A stretch of 64,000 bases of DNA, from NCBI RefSeq assembly GCF_963921235.1, contig NC_086108.1, positions 46,378,001 to 46,442,000 on the forward strand, in the 5' to 3' direction. Below, piece by piece: positions 50,401 to 62,300 of this stretch. The stretch is from Mobula hypostoma (taxonomy: Eukaryota). The notes below the pieces were generated by a model. The model searched no databases and was not told where the DNA came from. It saw only the letters and a program-made list of their open reading frames with translations. The number at the start of each line of letters is the position of its first letter. The first letter of the stretch is position 1. The position numbers and the translations under genes are program-made.

Positions 50401-53400
50401 CGGACCTTCCGGGAGAGGTGGGATGTCTGCTGTTATATTAATGAAAAAATACTGGATATACTTTTGAGATGTAGAGTTTAACCTATGCTGAAAATTGATT
50501 GAACTAAACTAAATTGAGTGTTATACACAGTGTGGTATTTTTCTTTCAGTTGCATACACCTTGAAATTTAGGAAACCTACAATATAACCAAGAGTCAATT
50601 TCACTTGGACTTAGATATCTGTCTCCGATAGCACTATCTATACTAATTTACCTGTCCATCCAAAACACCAAGTAGTGAAGGCTCCATCCACTGCACAGGT
50701 TCAATGAAATATGATGTACATCTAGTCTGATTGCACCTCTGGCTTTGAGACAACCTCTTGTGAGCAAATGCTGTTGCTCCAGTTCCAGGTTCATGAGTCA
50801 AACTGCTTGAGCCACGAAATAAACAACGCCTAAAATTATATTTAAAAGAGGAAACCTTACAATGAAAATCTACATACTTGACACTGAAAATGAATTATAA
50901 AACAGCTGCACAAATGAAAATTTCAAGGAGATTGTGAACTGCTGGATTTGTAGCTTTAGTACATCTCCATCAAAACATTATTTTCACTCACAGGATTGGA
51001 TGAAAAAGAAGAAAGAGGCTCATTTAGAACATAAAGACTGGTCTGGCTCAATTGAACATTATGAATACTTACAGGCAGTAATTATTATGCAATTCATACA
51101 AGTACATAGGAAAAGATTATGTAAATTGGCAAAACTATGCCACCTGGACTTCAATATAGGTAAATGCACTGTAATCTAATGATGAAATGCTAAATGGAAC
51201 TCAAGGAGCTTTAACAGTCCCTACAAAATGTCAGTTACAAAAAATAAAATCAAAGTCTCAGATTACAAGCAGTTGTGCTGCAGCTGTTAAAAGGATTGGT
51301 TAAACCACAGCTGGAGGTCTGGGCACTGCACCTTATAACATTTTAATGGGTTTAGAGAGACCACAGTGAAGATCTACCCGAATGATAAATGCTAGATTAA
51401 TATTAGTGCAATGTTTCAGGAGAGAATGTCTATGTACTAATGTTGGTAGAACTTTGGAACCACTTCAACAACTGAGTGCTGACATTTTAAAATCTAAGAT
51501 TGACAGGGTTCTGTTACCCAGTTTACTAAGGCATTTTGGCATATATCTGTCAGGAACCCAATGAATGTTGATAGAAGCTCACTAAAGGTGTTAATGGCCT
51601 AAAACCAAGCAATGCTGTTTAACTATCGTCTACAGAAAGAATTGCACTCACCTACACTTTCGGCACCTGTAGATTGCTTCACTAGTTTTCCCAAGACTTA
51701 TGGGATCCAATGCAAATAATTCCCTCGGTAAATGCGGCAGCTCTACATGTATAGATAAAAAGGTATTTGCAAGCAATTCAAATCATTTTCTTGTACATAC
51801 ATAGAAATTAATAATGACATTAAGCTGAAATGGTATGTTACATAGATCATAAAAAGTAATTTCATTTTTGTGTAGATATATTAAAAATACACTTAGACCA
51901 TGATCACCCAGGATTTAAACTGCCACTTGGTGAGAAAGGATCAGATAACACAATTCTCATAAATCCGTAATTTGTAAAACAAGATCTCAAATTAATCTTC
52001 TTTCCTTATTTGATTAAATTTTACTGAAGCCACTAGGTGAAATAAATCGTACTGTAAAAAAGGGCTCAATAACTACGCATAGAGGTCTTGAGAATTTTGT
52101 TTTGAAATTAATAAAATATTACTCAGGTAAATGGCAAAGTGTATAATAATAATGTTCGAAAACATTACAGTGTTGAAGGAATCGATGAAGTCCAGAAAAA
52201 TGCTTGGTGCAAAACTACAGGTGTCGTGAAGCAATAAACTAAATGTAAATTAGAAAGCAAAAATCTCTTTCATTACACATAATGAGTTCACATACAGCTG
52301 GTACCTTTTATACATTCAAAGAAAGCTGATAAAACAATTGCGTATTCAGCAAAAATAGCAAATTTGAGATAAGAAATGGAAAATAATTGAGTGAAAATTC
52401 ATATCATAAGGTGGATTTGCATAGCAGTTTCTGTACTTATCCTGCCAGTATGAGATTACCTGGGTACTTCTCAGTGACTTTCTGAAGTCGATACTGTTTG
52501 TAATCAGCACTTGTTAAATCCACTTTGCAGCCCATCGCTTCATACAGCTTCAGTTGCTTCACAAACTCATCATTTATCCTAAAAGCAAAAACAAAGTATT
52601 TTATAAGTTTCCCCTTTAAAAGACTATAATTAATTAAAATAGTGACATGCGATCCTATCTACACCAACCTTACCTGATGTCCGGTTTAATGGCTTTAAGT
52701 TTACCATATGCCTCTTCAAAACTCAGGTTATCGGTTTTCATTATAAACGCAGTTACCACAGCAGCGCTTCTGCTGACTCCTGCATGACTGTGAAATAAAA
52801 TAGTTTACTAATAACTTTGAAAATCTTCTCTCCAAGATCACACATTCAAAAGTTCAATTCTACATCTTCCTTAAGTCAATCTAAATAATAATGTTGTGCT
52901 GCTGAATACAAGTAATATAAAATGAAACCTTGATTCTTTTTCCCAGGAAATCAGCAAATAATCCAGAATATGGACCGGCATAGGAATAACGTAGTCCCAG
53001 TAATACGTCTATAGCACAATTACCCAATTAATTGCATTGGAGGTAAGAATGATGACCAAGTAGAGCGTGTTGGTAGCTGCAGGTTGCAAGTCTGAATAGA
53101 AGCAATTAAAAATAAACCTGAGTATTTCTGCAGATGCTGGCAATCCAAAGCAACACACATAAAATGCTGGAGGAACAGCAGGTCAGGCAGCATCTATGGA
53201 AATGAATAGACAGTCGACATTTCGGGCCAAGACCCTTTATGAGGACTGAGAAGGAAGGGGAGGATGCCAGAATAAAGAGACGGGGGTGGGGGGGGGGTAC
53301 AGGATGGAGGCTAGCTGGAAGGTGATAGAGAAATCCAGGTGGGTGGGAAAGGTCAAGGGCTGGAGAAGATGGAATCTGATAGGAGAGGAGTGTGGACCAT

Positions 53401-54777
53401 AGGAGAAAGGAAAGGAGGGGAGCGGGAGCGGGGTTGGGGGGGGGGAACCAGTAGCCAGGTGAGAAGAGGTAAAAGGTCATAGTGGAGAATGGGGGGGGGG
53501 GATTTTTTCCTACCAGAAATTGATATTCATGCCATCAGGCTGGGGGCTACCCAGACAGAAAAAACAATAATTTAGGTTGGGGGCTACCCAGATGGAATAA
53601 ATAATAATGAAAATAATGCCAGAAGATGAAAGTCTCCAAAGTAATTCAATTCAGTCTCTGTCACTTGGCTTATAATTTCACTAATTCACGTCTCTTTCTT
53701 TAGCTCCCAGTATGAGCTGGGGAACCAGCGTGAGTGGGTTACATGGGTGGGGCAGGGAGTTCCATTTGCACGCTGGGCAAGTGGCTGTAACTGGGCTCAG
53801 AATTGGAACAGAGGTTGTGGAATGAGAGTAGTTTTATATTTATTGACACCAGATATACTGTAAAAGTTATTACACTACAGAATCATTTCAGAAAGCAATG
53901 GAAGTGCATTGGGAAATCTAACGGGAGAAAATCTACTTGTTTTGTCCCAACAAAGTTACAAATGCCCAATGATCAGAATTTTAGTCAAATGAACAGATTA
54001 AGTACGTAACAAAATTGCATTTATCAACCTGGATGGCACTGATTCTAGCTTGTATACATTTTTGAGTATTTTTAATATCTACAGAGCACGATGTTTCATC
54101 TGAAGCTGCTATCCATTAGTGATGGGAAGAAACCTGCCCAATAAAAATGATTTAACTTTTATCATTGAACTTGGGAAGTGCTTTGCTCATCACAAAGCAG
54201 AAAAACTGCATCAACGGGATCAATTCAGTGAGACCGCCGTTTACTATTTCTCACAATAACATTTTTAGCAACATGATTGTGACTGAAGTTGTAAAAACTT
54301 TTGCACCGCAAGGAAATCCTTTATTAAAACTTTTCATAGGGATGAAACGTTTGAATAATGCATCTTGAACGCTCCTTATTCGTTTGCAGCAAATATGCCT
54401 AAAATATAATTTCCGATGCAAGGAATGGAGCATAGAGTCTATTTATGGAGAAATGCAGCCAGCAGTGGATGCACCGCTATACCACATCAAGCCGGAAAGC
54501 TGTTGCATGAAGAGTCGCCGTACCAATGCACCAACACTGCGGCGCCCGCTGCAGCATGTGCCTGCTGCACAAAGCCCACACACTCGTCCAGGAAGCTGAG
54601 CAGGTCGGTGGAAGGCTCGTCCAGCGCCTGCACGAATTTCGCGCAAACGTTCCCCATAGGCGGGGGCTCCTGCGAGTCGACGGTGAGTACATGAGAAATG
54701 CCGCGGTCCGACAGGCTCTGAGACTGGGCCACATCACTGGCAGCTCCCAGGAACAGGCCGCTCCTCACCAAGATCAT
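47252..54777 (-). CDS. DUSP12: Dual specificity protein phosphatase 12 (YVH1 orthologue), 6 exons, 918-nt CDS
   Basis: Exons 54524-54777, 52674-52787, 52460-52578, 51652-51742, 50652-50829 and 47252-47413, all GT-AG and in frame. Catalytic VLVHCHAGVSRS spans exons 1-2. C-terminal Zn-binding YRCRKCRR..H..CTSYFIEPVQWM..LLCPKCNCKLGSFNWYGDQCSCGRWVTPAFQIHKNRVDE. Confidence 0.96.
47830..48085 (+). mobile_element. Degraded SINE in DUSP12 intron 5
   Basis: ttctccttgac..ttcttctgggtgctgcagttcctttcacattccaaag core, with an aaataaatct tail. Confidence 0.55.
49154..49356 (+). mobile_element. Solo LTR (203 bp) with a 4-bp TSD
   Basis: TGTGGTGA...TCGCTACA termini and TSD ctgt/ctgt. Internal TGACGTCA, CCGCCC and CTTAAAA. 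Confidence 0.75.
49638..50429. mobile_element. MITE with internal CT/CG microsatellite, copy 2
   Basis: Same TIRs and body as 5826-6522. Flanking repeat ctgtta (6 bp). Confidence 0.85.
50652..50829 (-). CDS. DUSP12: DUSP12 exon 5
   Basis: RCLFRGSSSLTHEPGTGATAFAHKRLSQSQRCNQTRCTSYFIEPVQWMEPSLLGVLDGQ. Confidence 0.93.
51652..51742 (-). CDS. DUSP12: DUSP12 exon 4
   Basis: ELPHLPRELFALDPISLGKTSEAIYRCRKCR. Confidence 0.92.
52460..52578 (-). CDS. DUSP12: DUSP12 exon 3
   Basis: INDEFVKQLKLYEAMGCKVDLTSADYKQYRLQKVTEKYP. Confidence 0.94.
52674..52787 (-). CDS. DUSP12: DUSP12 exon 2 (catalytic loop)
   Basis: (C)HAGVSRSAAVVTAFIMKTDNLSFEEAYGKLKAIKPDI. Confidence 0.95.
53107..53600 (-). mobile_element. 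Penelope pLTR fragment in DUSP12 intron 1
   Basis: Matches the 8300-8800 arm. Hammerhead motif at 53211-53248 has a mutated core. Confidence 0.8.
54524..54777 (-). CDS. DUSP12: DUSP12 exon 1
   Basis: MILVRSGLFLGAASDVAQSQSLSDRGISHVLTVDSQEPP..FVQALDEPSTDLLSFLDECVGFV..AVLVH(C). Donor TG|gtacgg. Confidence 0.93.
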
Positions 54778-54900
54778 GTCCGCAGAAAGAGACGCACGCC
54801 GGCCCGGTGATGTCATTGCGTACCGTGACGCCATACGTTGACTGTGCGTACAGAGGGGCACGCGCGGAGTTGGTGGATATCAACTCTGGAGGGGACCTTT
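54778..54900 (-). promoter_or_regulatory. CpG-rich DUSP12 promoter/5'UTR
   Basis: CpG-rich region about 54480-54870 with CRE/ATF-like TGATGTCA and TGACGCCA and a GCCAT (YY1-like) motif. Confidence 0.55.
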
Positions 54901-55855
54901 CGGGCCAGAACTCCTCAACAGGACCTCAACCTGAAACGTCAACTGTTTATTTCCTTCCATAGACACTGACTGACAAAACGTTGGAGAAACTCAGCAGGCC
55001 GGGCAGCATCAACGGAAAAGAGTAAACAGTCGACGTTTGGGGCCAAGACCCTTCATCAGGAATGGGGGAAAAAGAGGATGAGAAGTTAGGGCAAGGAGAT
55101 TGGGGGAAGGGGAGGACGAAGTACAAGGCGGTAGGTAATGAGTGGAACTGGGAGGGGTGAAGTAAAGAGCTGGGAAATTGGTAGATGAAAGAGACAAAGG
55201 GTTGGAGAAGGGGGAATCTGATACGAGAGGGTAGAAGACCATGGAAGAAAAGGAAGGAGGAGGAGCACCAGAGGGAGGTGATGGGCAGGTCAGGAGATGA
55301 AGTGAGAGAGGCAAACAAGAATGGGAATGGTGAAGGTGGAGGGGCAATTACCGGAAGTTTGAGAAATCGATGTTCACGCCATCAGGTTGGAGGCTACCCA
55401 GACGGAACACAAGGTGTTACTCCTCCTCATGCATGGCCTCATTGCAGCAGTACGGGAGGCCATGGACTGACATGTTGGAATGGAAATGGGAAGTAGAATT
55501 TATGCTTTAGGGACTGCTCCCCACGTGACTCCGTTGTTCATTTATCCCTCCCCACTGATTTCCCTCCTGGTATTTATCCCTGCAAGAAGAACAGGTTCCA
55601 TACCTGCCCCTACACCTTCTCCCTCACTCCTACTCAGATTCCCAAACTGCCCGTCCAGGTGAGGCGACACCTCGTTTGTGGGTCTATTGGGGTCATCTAC
55701 TGCATCCCGTGCTCCTGGTGTGGCCTCCTGTAAATCAGTGAGACCAGACGTAGATTGGGAGACCACTTCAGCAAGAGCTACGCTCTGCCTGTCAGAAGAA
55801 ACGGGATCTCCCAGTGGCTGCCCATTTCAATTCTATTTCCTATTTCCATTCCAAC

Positions 55856-58800
55856 GTAAGACCATAAGACATAGGAGCAGAATTAGGCCATTTGGCCCAT
55901 CAGGTCTGCTCCACCATTCAGTCATGGCTGATCCTTTCTTCCCCTCCTCAGCCCCACTCCCCATAACATTTGATGCCGTGTCCAATCAAGAACCATTCAG
56001 TCTCTGCCTTAAATACACCCGATGACTGAGCCTCCACATCCGCCTGTGGTAACAAATTCCACAAATTCACCACCCTTTAGCTAAAGAAATTTGTCCACAT
56101 CTCTGTTTTAAATGGACACCCCTCTATCCTGAGGCTGTGCCCTCTTGTCCTAGACTCCTCCACCATGGGAAACATCCTTTCCATATCTACTCTAGATCTT
56201 TCATCATTCGAAAGGTTTCAATGAGATCTCCCCTCATCTTTCTAAATTCCAGTGAGTACAGACCCAGAGCCATCAAATATTCCTCGTATAATAACCCTTT
56301 CATTCCTGGAATCATCCTTGTGAACTTCCTCTGAACCTTCTCTAATGCCAGCACATCTTTTCTAAGATCAGGAGCCCAAAACTGTTCACAGTATTGAAGG
56401 TGAGGCCTCACCAGTGTCTTATAAATCCTCATCATTACATCCCTTGCTCTTGTATTCTAGACATCTTGAAATGAATGCTAACATTGCATTTGCCTTCCTC
56501 ACCACTGACTCAACCTGCAAGTTAACCTTTAGGGTGTTCTGCACAAGGACTCCCAAGTCCCTTTGCATCTCAAATTTTTGTATCTTCTCCCCGTTTAGAA
56601 AATAGTTTGCCCATTTATTTCTACTACCAAAGTGCATGACCATGCATTTCATTTGCCACTTTCTTGACCATTCTCATAATTTGACTAAGTCCTTCTGCAG
56701 CCTACCTGTTTCCTCAACACTAGCTGCACCTCCATCAATCTTCATATCACCTGCAAACTTGGCAACAACGCCATCTATTCCATCATCTCAATCATTGATA
56801 TACAGCATAAAAAGAAGCAGTCTCAACACCGACCCCTGCAGAACACCACTATCACTGGGCAACCAGACAAGGATCCTTTTATTCCCACTTGCTATCTCCT
56901 ACTAATCAGCCAATGCTCTAACCATGCCAGTGACTTTTCTGTAATACCATGGGCTTTTAACTTGATATGCAATCTCACGTATGGCACCTTGTCAAAGGCC
57001 TTCTGAAAGTCCAAACATACAACATCCACTGCACCCCCTTTATCTATCCTACTTGCAATCTCCTTAAAGAGTTCCAACAGGTTCATCAGGCAAGCTTTTC
57101 CCTTATGGAAACCATGCTGACTTTGTCCTATCTTGTCCTCTGTCACCAAGTACTCCATAGCTTCCTCCTTAGTGATCGAATCCAACATCTTCCCAACCAC
57201 TGAGCTCAGGCCAACTGGTCTATAATTTCTTTTCTGCTGCCTTCCTCCTTTCTTAAAGAGTGCAATTTTCCAGTCCTCCAGAACCATTCCAGAGTCCAAT
57301 GATTTTTTGAAAGATCATCACTAATGCCTCCACAATTTCTACCACTACCTCTTTCAGAACTCTGGGGTGCAGTTCATCTGATCCGAGTGACTTATGTACC
57401 TTTAGGTCTTTCAGCTTTTTGAGGACCTTCTTCCTTGTAATAGTAATGGAACTCACTTCTCTTCCCTCACATCCTTCAACATCTGGCACAATGCTAGTGA
57501 ATTCCACAGTAAAGACTGATGCAAAGTACTCATTTAGTTTATCTGTCATCTCCTTGTCCCCCATTATTATTTCTCTGACCACATTTTTTCTAGCAATCCT
57601 ATATCCACTCTCATCTCTCTTTTATTATACTTGATACTTTCTTTTACATACTTGAAAAAGCTTTTACTGTTGTAACGCACTGTAAGGTTTCACTGCTAAT
57701 ATAAAGGCCTCTCTGTAATGTTTCACTTCTAAGGTAATGGTTTCTCTGTAGCAGCAATGTTTGGGTAATGACTAGAGATAACGGAGGCTTTGGAATGTAT
57801 GCTAGCCATGTTGTTCTTTCTTGTGGGTCTGGAAGCAGGGATTTTGCGGTCTTTTGTCCGAGAGAAGACGGGGATAGAAAGAGTTGGTAGATTGCTGGAC
57901 GGAGTGGACTCGGAGGGAGGGTCCGAGGGTCAGCAACACTCAGAGGAGGTCAATGGGGGTCAAATGGACCATTCCGTTCACTCCAACGTGCACTTTAGAC
58001 TGTTTCATTAAAATGGGCCCGTTTTCTTTTTATTTTCTTTACTAACCCTATAGTCAGAATAAGATTTAGAAAGTTCAACTGTTAAGTTGCATATGGTGTA
58101 CTGTCTGATATTTTGCGGTGCGGATTTGTAACCGGGCCACACATCACGTAGCATCCACACAAATGAGATTGCTCAGTTTGGCCGGGTCAGAGGCTGTATG
58201 GTGGCCGAACCTCAGGCTTACACTATCCATTTAGATTTTGTTTGCTAGCTTGCTTCATATTTTATCTTTTCCCTCAAATGATCCTTTTAGTTGCTCTCTG
58301 TAGGTTTTTAAAAGTTTCCCGATCTTCTATCTTCCTGCTAACTTTTGCTTTGTTGTATGTCCTGTCTTGCTTTTACATTAGCTTTGACTTCCCTTGTCAG
58401 CCACAGTTGTACTATTCTGCCATTTGAGTATTTCTTCATTTTTGGAATACATCTATCCTGTACCTTTTTTACTGTCCATCCAATCCTGAGTCCCTTCACT
58501 CTGGTTCCCAGCCCCTTGCCATATTAGTTTAAACTCCCCCCAACAGCTCTAACAAACCTGCCCACGAGAATATTGGTCTCCCTCGGGTTCAGGTGAAACC
58601 CATCACTTCTGTACAGTTCATTCCTCCCCCAGAAAAGATTCCAATGATCCAAGAACCTGAAGCTCTGCCCCTGCACCAGCTTCTCAGCCACGCATTAAAC
58701 TGCCAAATCATCCTGATTCTACCCTCGCTGGCGCGTGACACAGGCAGCAATCCGGAAATCACTACCCTGGAGGTCCTGCTTCTCAGTTTTCTGCCTAGCT

Positions 58801-58896
58801 CTCTAAATTCTCTTTTCAGGACCTCTTTGCTTTTCCTTCCTATGTCATTGGTACCAATATGTACCACAACATCCGGCTGCTCTCCCTCTCCCTCCA
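55856..58896 (-). mobile_element. CR1 LINE with ORF1 SGNH esterase and deleted/frameshifted ORF2
   Basis: ORF1 QPDVVVHIGTNDIGRKSKEVLKREFRELGRKLRSRTSRVVISGLLP. ORF2 ELHPRVLKE, SQHGFHKGK and LDFQKAFDKV. 3' tail at about 55860. Confidence 0.92.
57671..58222. mobile_element. Solo LTR nested in CR1
   Basis: TGTAAC...CTTACA termini and 4-bp TSD ctgt/ctat. The CR1 sequence resumes after it. Confidence 0.75.
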
Positions 58897-59529
58897 AAAT
58901 GTCAGTCCATGACCTTCTCTGCTGCCACAATGAAGCCACACTCAGGTTGGAGGAGCAACGCCTTGTATTCCATCTGGGTAGCCTCCAACCTGATAGCATG
59001 AACATCGACTTCTCAAACATCTGGTAATTGCTTCCCCCCTCCCCCATCTTCACCATTCCCATTCCCGTTTCCCTCTCTCACCTCATCTCCTTACCTGACC
59101 ATCACCTCCCTCTGGTGCTCCTCCCACTTACCCTTCTTCCATGGTCTTCTACCCTCTCCTATCAGATTCCCCCTTCTCCAGCCCTTTATCTCTTTCACCT
59201 ATCAACTTCCCACTCTGTACTTCACCCCTCCCCCCTCCCAGTTTTCACCTATCACCTACCACCTTGTACTGCCTCCTCCCCTTGCACCACTTTCTTGCTC
59301 TACTTTCTCATCTTCTTTTCCAGTCCTGATGAAGGGTCTCAGCCCGAAACACCAACTGTATTCTCTGGTATAGATGCCGCCTGGCCTGCTGAGTTCCTTG
59401 AGTATTTTGTGTGTGTTGTTCTGATTTCCAGCGTCTGCAGGTTTTCTCATCTTTGTTGAGATACTCACACCTGTTTTCACCTGTATTAAAATTACCTCCA
59501 ACTAACTTTGGTTTTATTGCGTTCTGCTG

Positions 59530-61090
59530 CATTTCAAAGTAAATTTATTATCAATATATATGTCACCATCTACAACCCTAGGTTTGTTTTTCTTGCGGGC
59601 ATTCTCAGTAAATCCAAGAAACATAATAGAATCAAAGAAAGGCTGCACCAGATAGTGCAGACAAACAACTAATGTGCAAAGGTAATCAAATTGTGCAAAT
59701 ATGAAAGAGAGAAAGATATATAAATAAGCAATAAATATCAAGAATGTGAGATGAAGAACCCTTGAAAGTGACTCCATAGATTGTGGAACAACTCAGTGAT
59801 GGGGCAAATGAAGTTATCCCCCACTGGTTCAAGATGCCTGCCTGATGGTTGTGAGGTAGTAAATGTTTCTGAACCTGGTAGTGTGGTCCTGAGGTTCCTG
59901 TACCTTCTTCCCGATGACAGCAGCAAGAAGAAAGCATGGCCTAGGTGTTGGGGGTTCTTGATGATGGATGTTCCTGTGACAGCGGTCCACGTAAATGAGC
60001 TCAATGGTAGGGAGGATTTTATCCATGATGGACAGGACCATATCCACTACTTATTGTAGGATATTCCATCCAAGGGCATTAATGTATCCATACCAGGCCG
60101 TGATGCAACCAGTCAATATATTCTCCACCACACATGAATTGAAGTTTGCGGAAGTTTTAGGTGTCATGCCAAATCTTAACAAACTTCTTAGGAAGTAGAG
60201 GCATTGCCATGTTTTCTTCATAATTGCACTTACATGCCGGGCCCAGGACAGGTCCTTTGAAGTGGTAACACCGAGGAATTCAAGGTTGCTGACCCTCTCC
60301 ACCTCTTATCCCCTGATGAGGACTGGTTCATGGACTCCTGGTTTCCTCCTCCTGAACTCAATAATCAGCTCCTTGGTCTTGCTGACATTGAGTGAGAGGT
60401 TGTTGTTATGGCACCACTCAGCCAGATTTCCAATCTCTCTCCTGTATGCTGTTTCATCACCACATTTGACTCAGCCAGTAGTGTAGTCAGCAAACTTAAG
60501 TATGGGATTGGAGCTGTGTTTACGTCACAGCTGTAAGTATAAAGTGAGTAGGCAAGGGAGCTAAGCTCACAGTCTTGTGGTGCACCTGTGCTGATGGACA
60601 TTGTGGAGGAGTTGTTGTTACCAATCAGAACAGACTGGCGCCTGGAAGTGAGGAAATCAAGGATCCAATTGCACAAGGAGGTATTAAGGCCAATGTCTTG
60701 AAGCTTATTGGTTAGTTTTGAGGGGATGATAGTATTGAATGCTGAGCTGTATTCGATAAAAAGCATCCTGGTGTAGGCATCTTTGCTGCCCAGATGTTCC
60801 AGGGTTGAGTGAAGAGCCAATGAAACAGCATCTGCTGTGGACCTGTTGTGCCGGTAGTGCAAATTGCAGCGGATCCAAGTTGCTTCACAGGTAGGAGTTG
60901 ATGTGTTTCATCACCAACCTCTCAAAGCATTTCATCACAGTGGATGTAAGTGCTACTGGATGATAGTCACTGAGGCAGGTCACCATGCTCTTCATTGGAG
61001 ATGTGCTTAGCCTCACAGTCATAAGTATGAAGCAAGGAGAGCAGGGGGCTAGGCACACAGCCTTGTGGTGCACCTGTGCTGATGGAGATT
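59530..61090 (-). mobile_element. Degraded Rex1-type LINE
   Basis: [35 protein letters not shown] and ENILTGCITAWYG motifs. Confidence 0.88.
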
Positions 61091-61371
61091 GTAGGAGAGA
61101 TGACGCAGTGCAGGTAATACCACTTACGCTGCTCCCTCAGGTAGTTTTTAAACATGATGAGGCTTGCCTCCCTACATTTTTTAGGCATCTCTTCCCTGCC
61201 ACTATTGAAGTGGGGGGGTGGGGAATTCTTAACTCTTTTAATCCTACCACAGTTACTTTAATGCCTCTTGGGCCGAATGCTGGAAGATGGGATGAATGTG
61301 GGTGTGTGTCCATTGGTTAGTGTGGGCTGAATGCCCTGCTTCCATGCTATATGACTTTGCTAATGGAAACA

Positions 61372-62300
61372 AGTCAAAGTTCAAAGCAAATTTATTATCG
61401 AAGTATGTACATGTCACTATACGCAAGCCTGAGATTTGTTTTCTTGTGGGCATACACAGTAACTCCAAAAACACAGTAGAATCATTGAAAGACCGCACCC
61501 AACAGGTGGACAAGCAATTAATGTGCAAAGGACAGCATACTGTGCAAATACGAAAGAGAAAAAAAATAACAAATAAAAAATCAGTAAATATCAATCACAT
61601 CAGATAAAGAGTCCTTGAAAGTGAGTCCATAAGTTGTGGGAAGAGTTCATTGAAGGAAAGCGTGAAGCTGAGCAAAGTTGAGTGAAGTTATCTTCACTGG
61701 TTCAAGATGCCTGCTTGATGGCTGAGGGATAATAACAATTCCTGAACCTGGAGGTGTGGGTTCCGAGCCTCCTGTACCTTCTTCCTGCTAGCAGTAGCGA
61801 GATGGTGGGGGTCTTGATGCATGCTGCTTTCCTATGACAGCGTTCCGTGTAGATGTGCTCAATGGTAAGGAAGGCTTTACCCATGATGAACCAGACCATA
61901 TCCACTACATTTTCCAGGATTTTCCATTCAAGGGCATTGGTGTTTCCATACCAGGCTGTGGTGCAACCAGTCAATATACTCTTCACCACACATCTATAGA
62001 AGTTTTCCAAAATTTTAGAAATCATGCCAATCCTTTGCAAACTTCTAAGGAAGTAGAAGCGTTGCCGTGCTTTCTTCGTAATTTCACTTACATGCTGGAC
62101 CCAGGACAGATCCTCTGAAATGGTAACAGACTGGAATTTAAAGTAGCTGACCCTCTCCACCTCTGATCCTCTGATGAGGACTGGCTCATGGACTTCTGGT
62201 TTCCTCCTCCTGAAGTCAATAATCAACTCCTTGGTCTTGCTGACATTGAGTGAGAGGTTGTTCTGGCACCACTCGGCCAGGTTTTCAATCTCCCTCCTAT
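61372..62300 (-). mobile_element. Rex1-type LINE 3' fragment
   Basis: [30 protein letters not shown] and SILTGCTTAWYGN motifs. Confidence 0.88.

Larger units (their letters stand above)
54965..59460. mobile_element. Second Penelope element with inverted arms (about 54965-55500 -, 55500-55855 + 58897-59460 +) split by a CR1
   Basis: GIY-YIG 3' sequence ...ccattccaac|atgtcagtccatg... is continuous across the CR1. Terminal pLTR arms face opposite directions. Hammerhead motifs at about 55026-55063 and 59321-59358. Confidence 0.75.

Noticed and set aside
54778..54861. N-terminal extension of DUSP12 suggested by ORF 54487-54861
   Set aside because: Homology starts at MILV (54777). The upstream in-frame starts overlap promoter-like motifs. 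The extension cannot be fully excluded.
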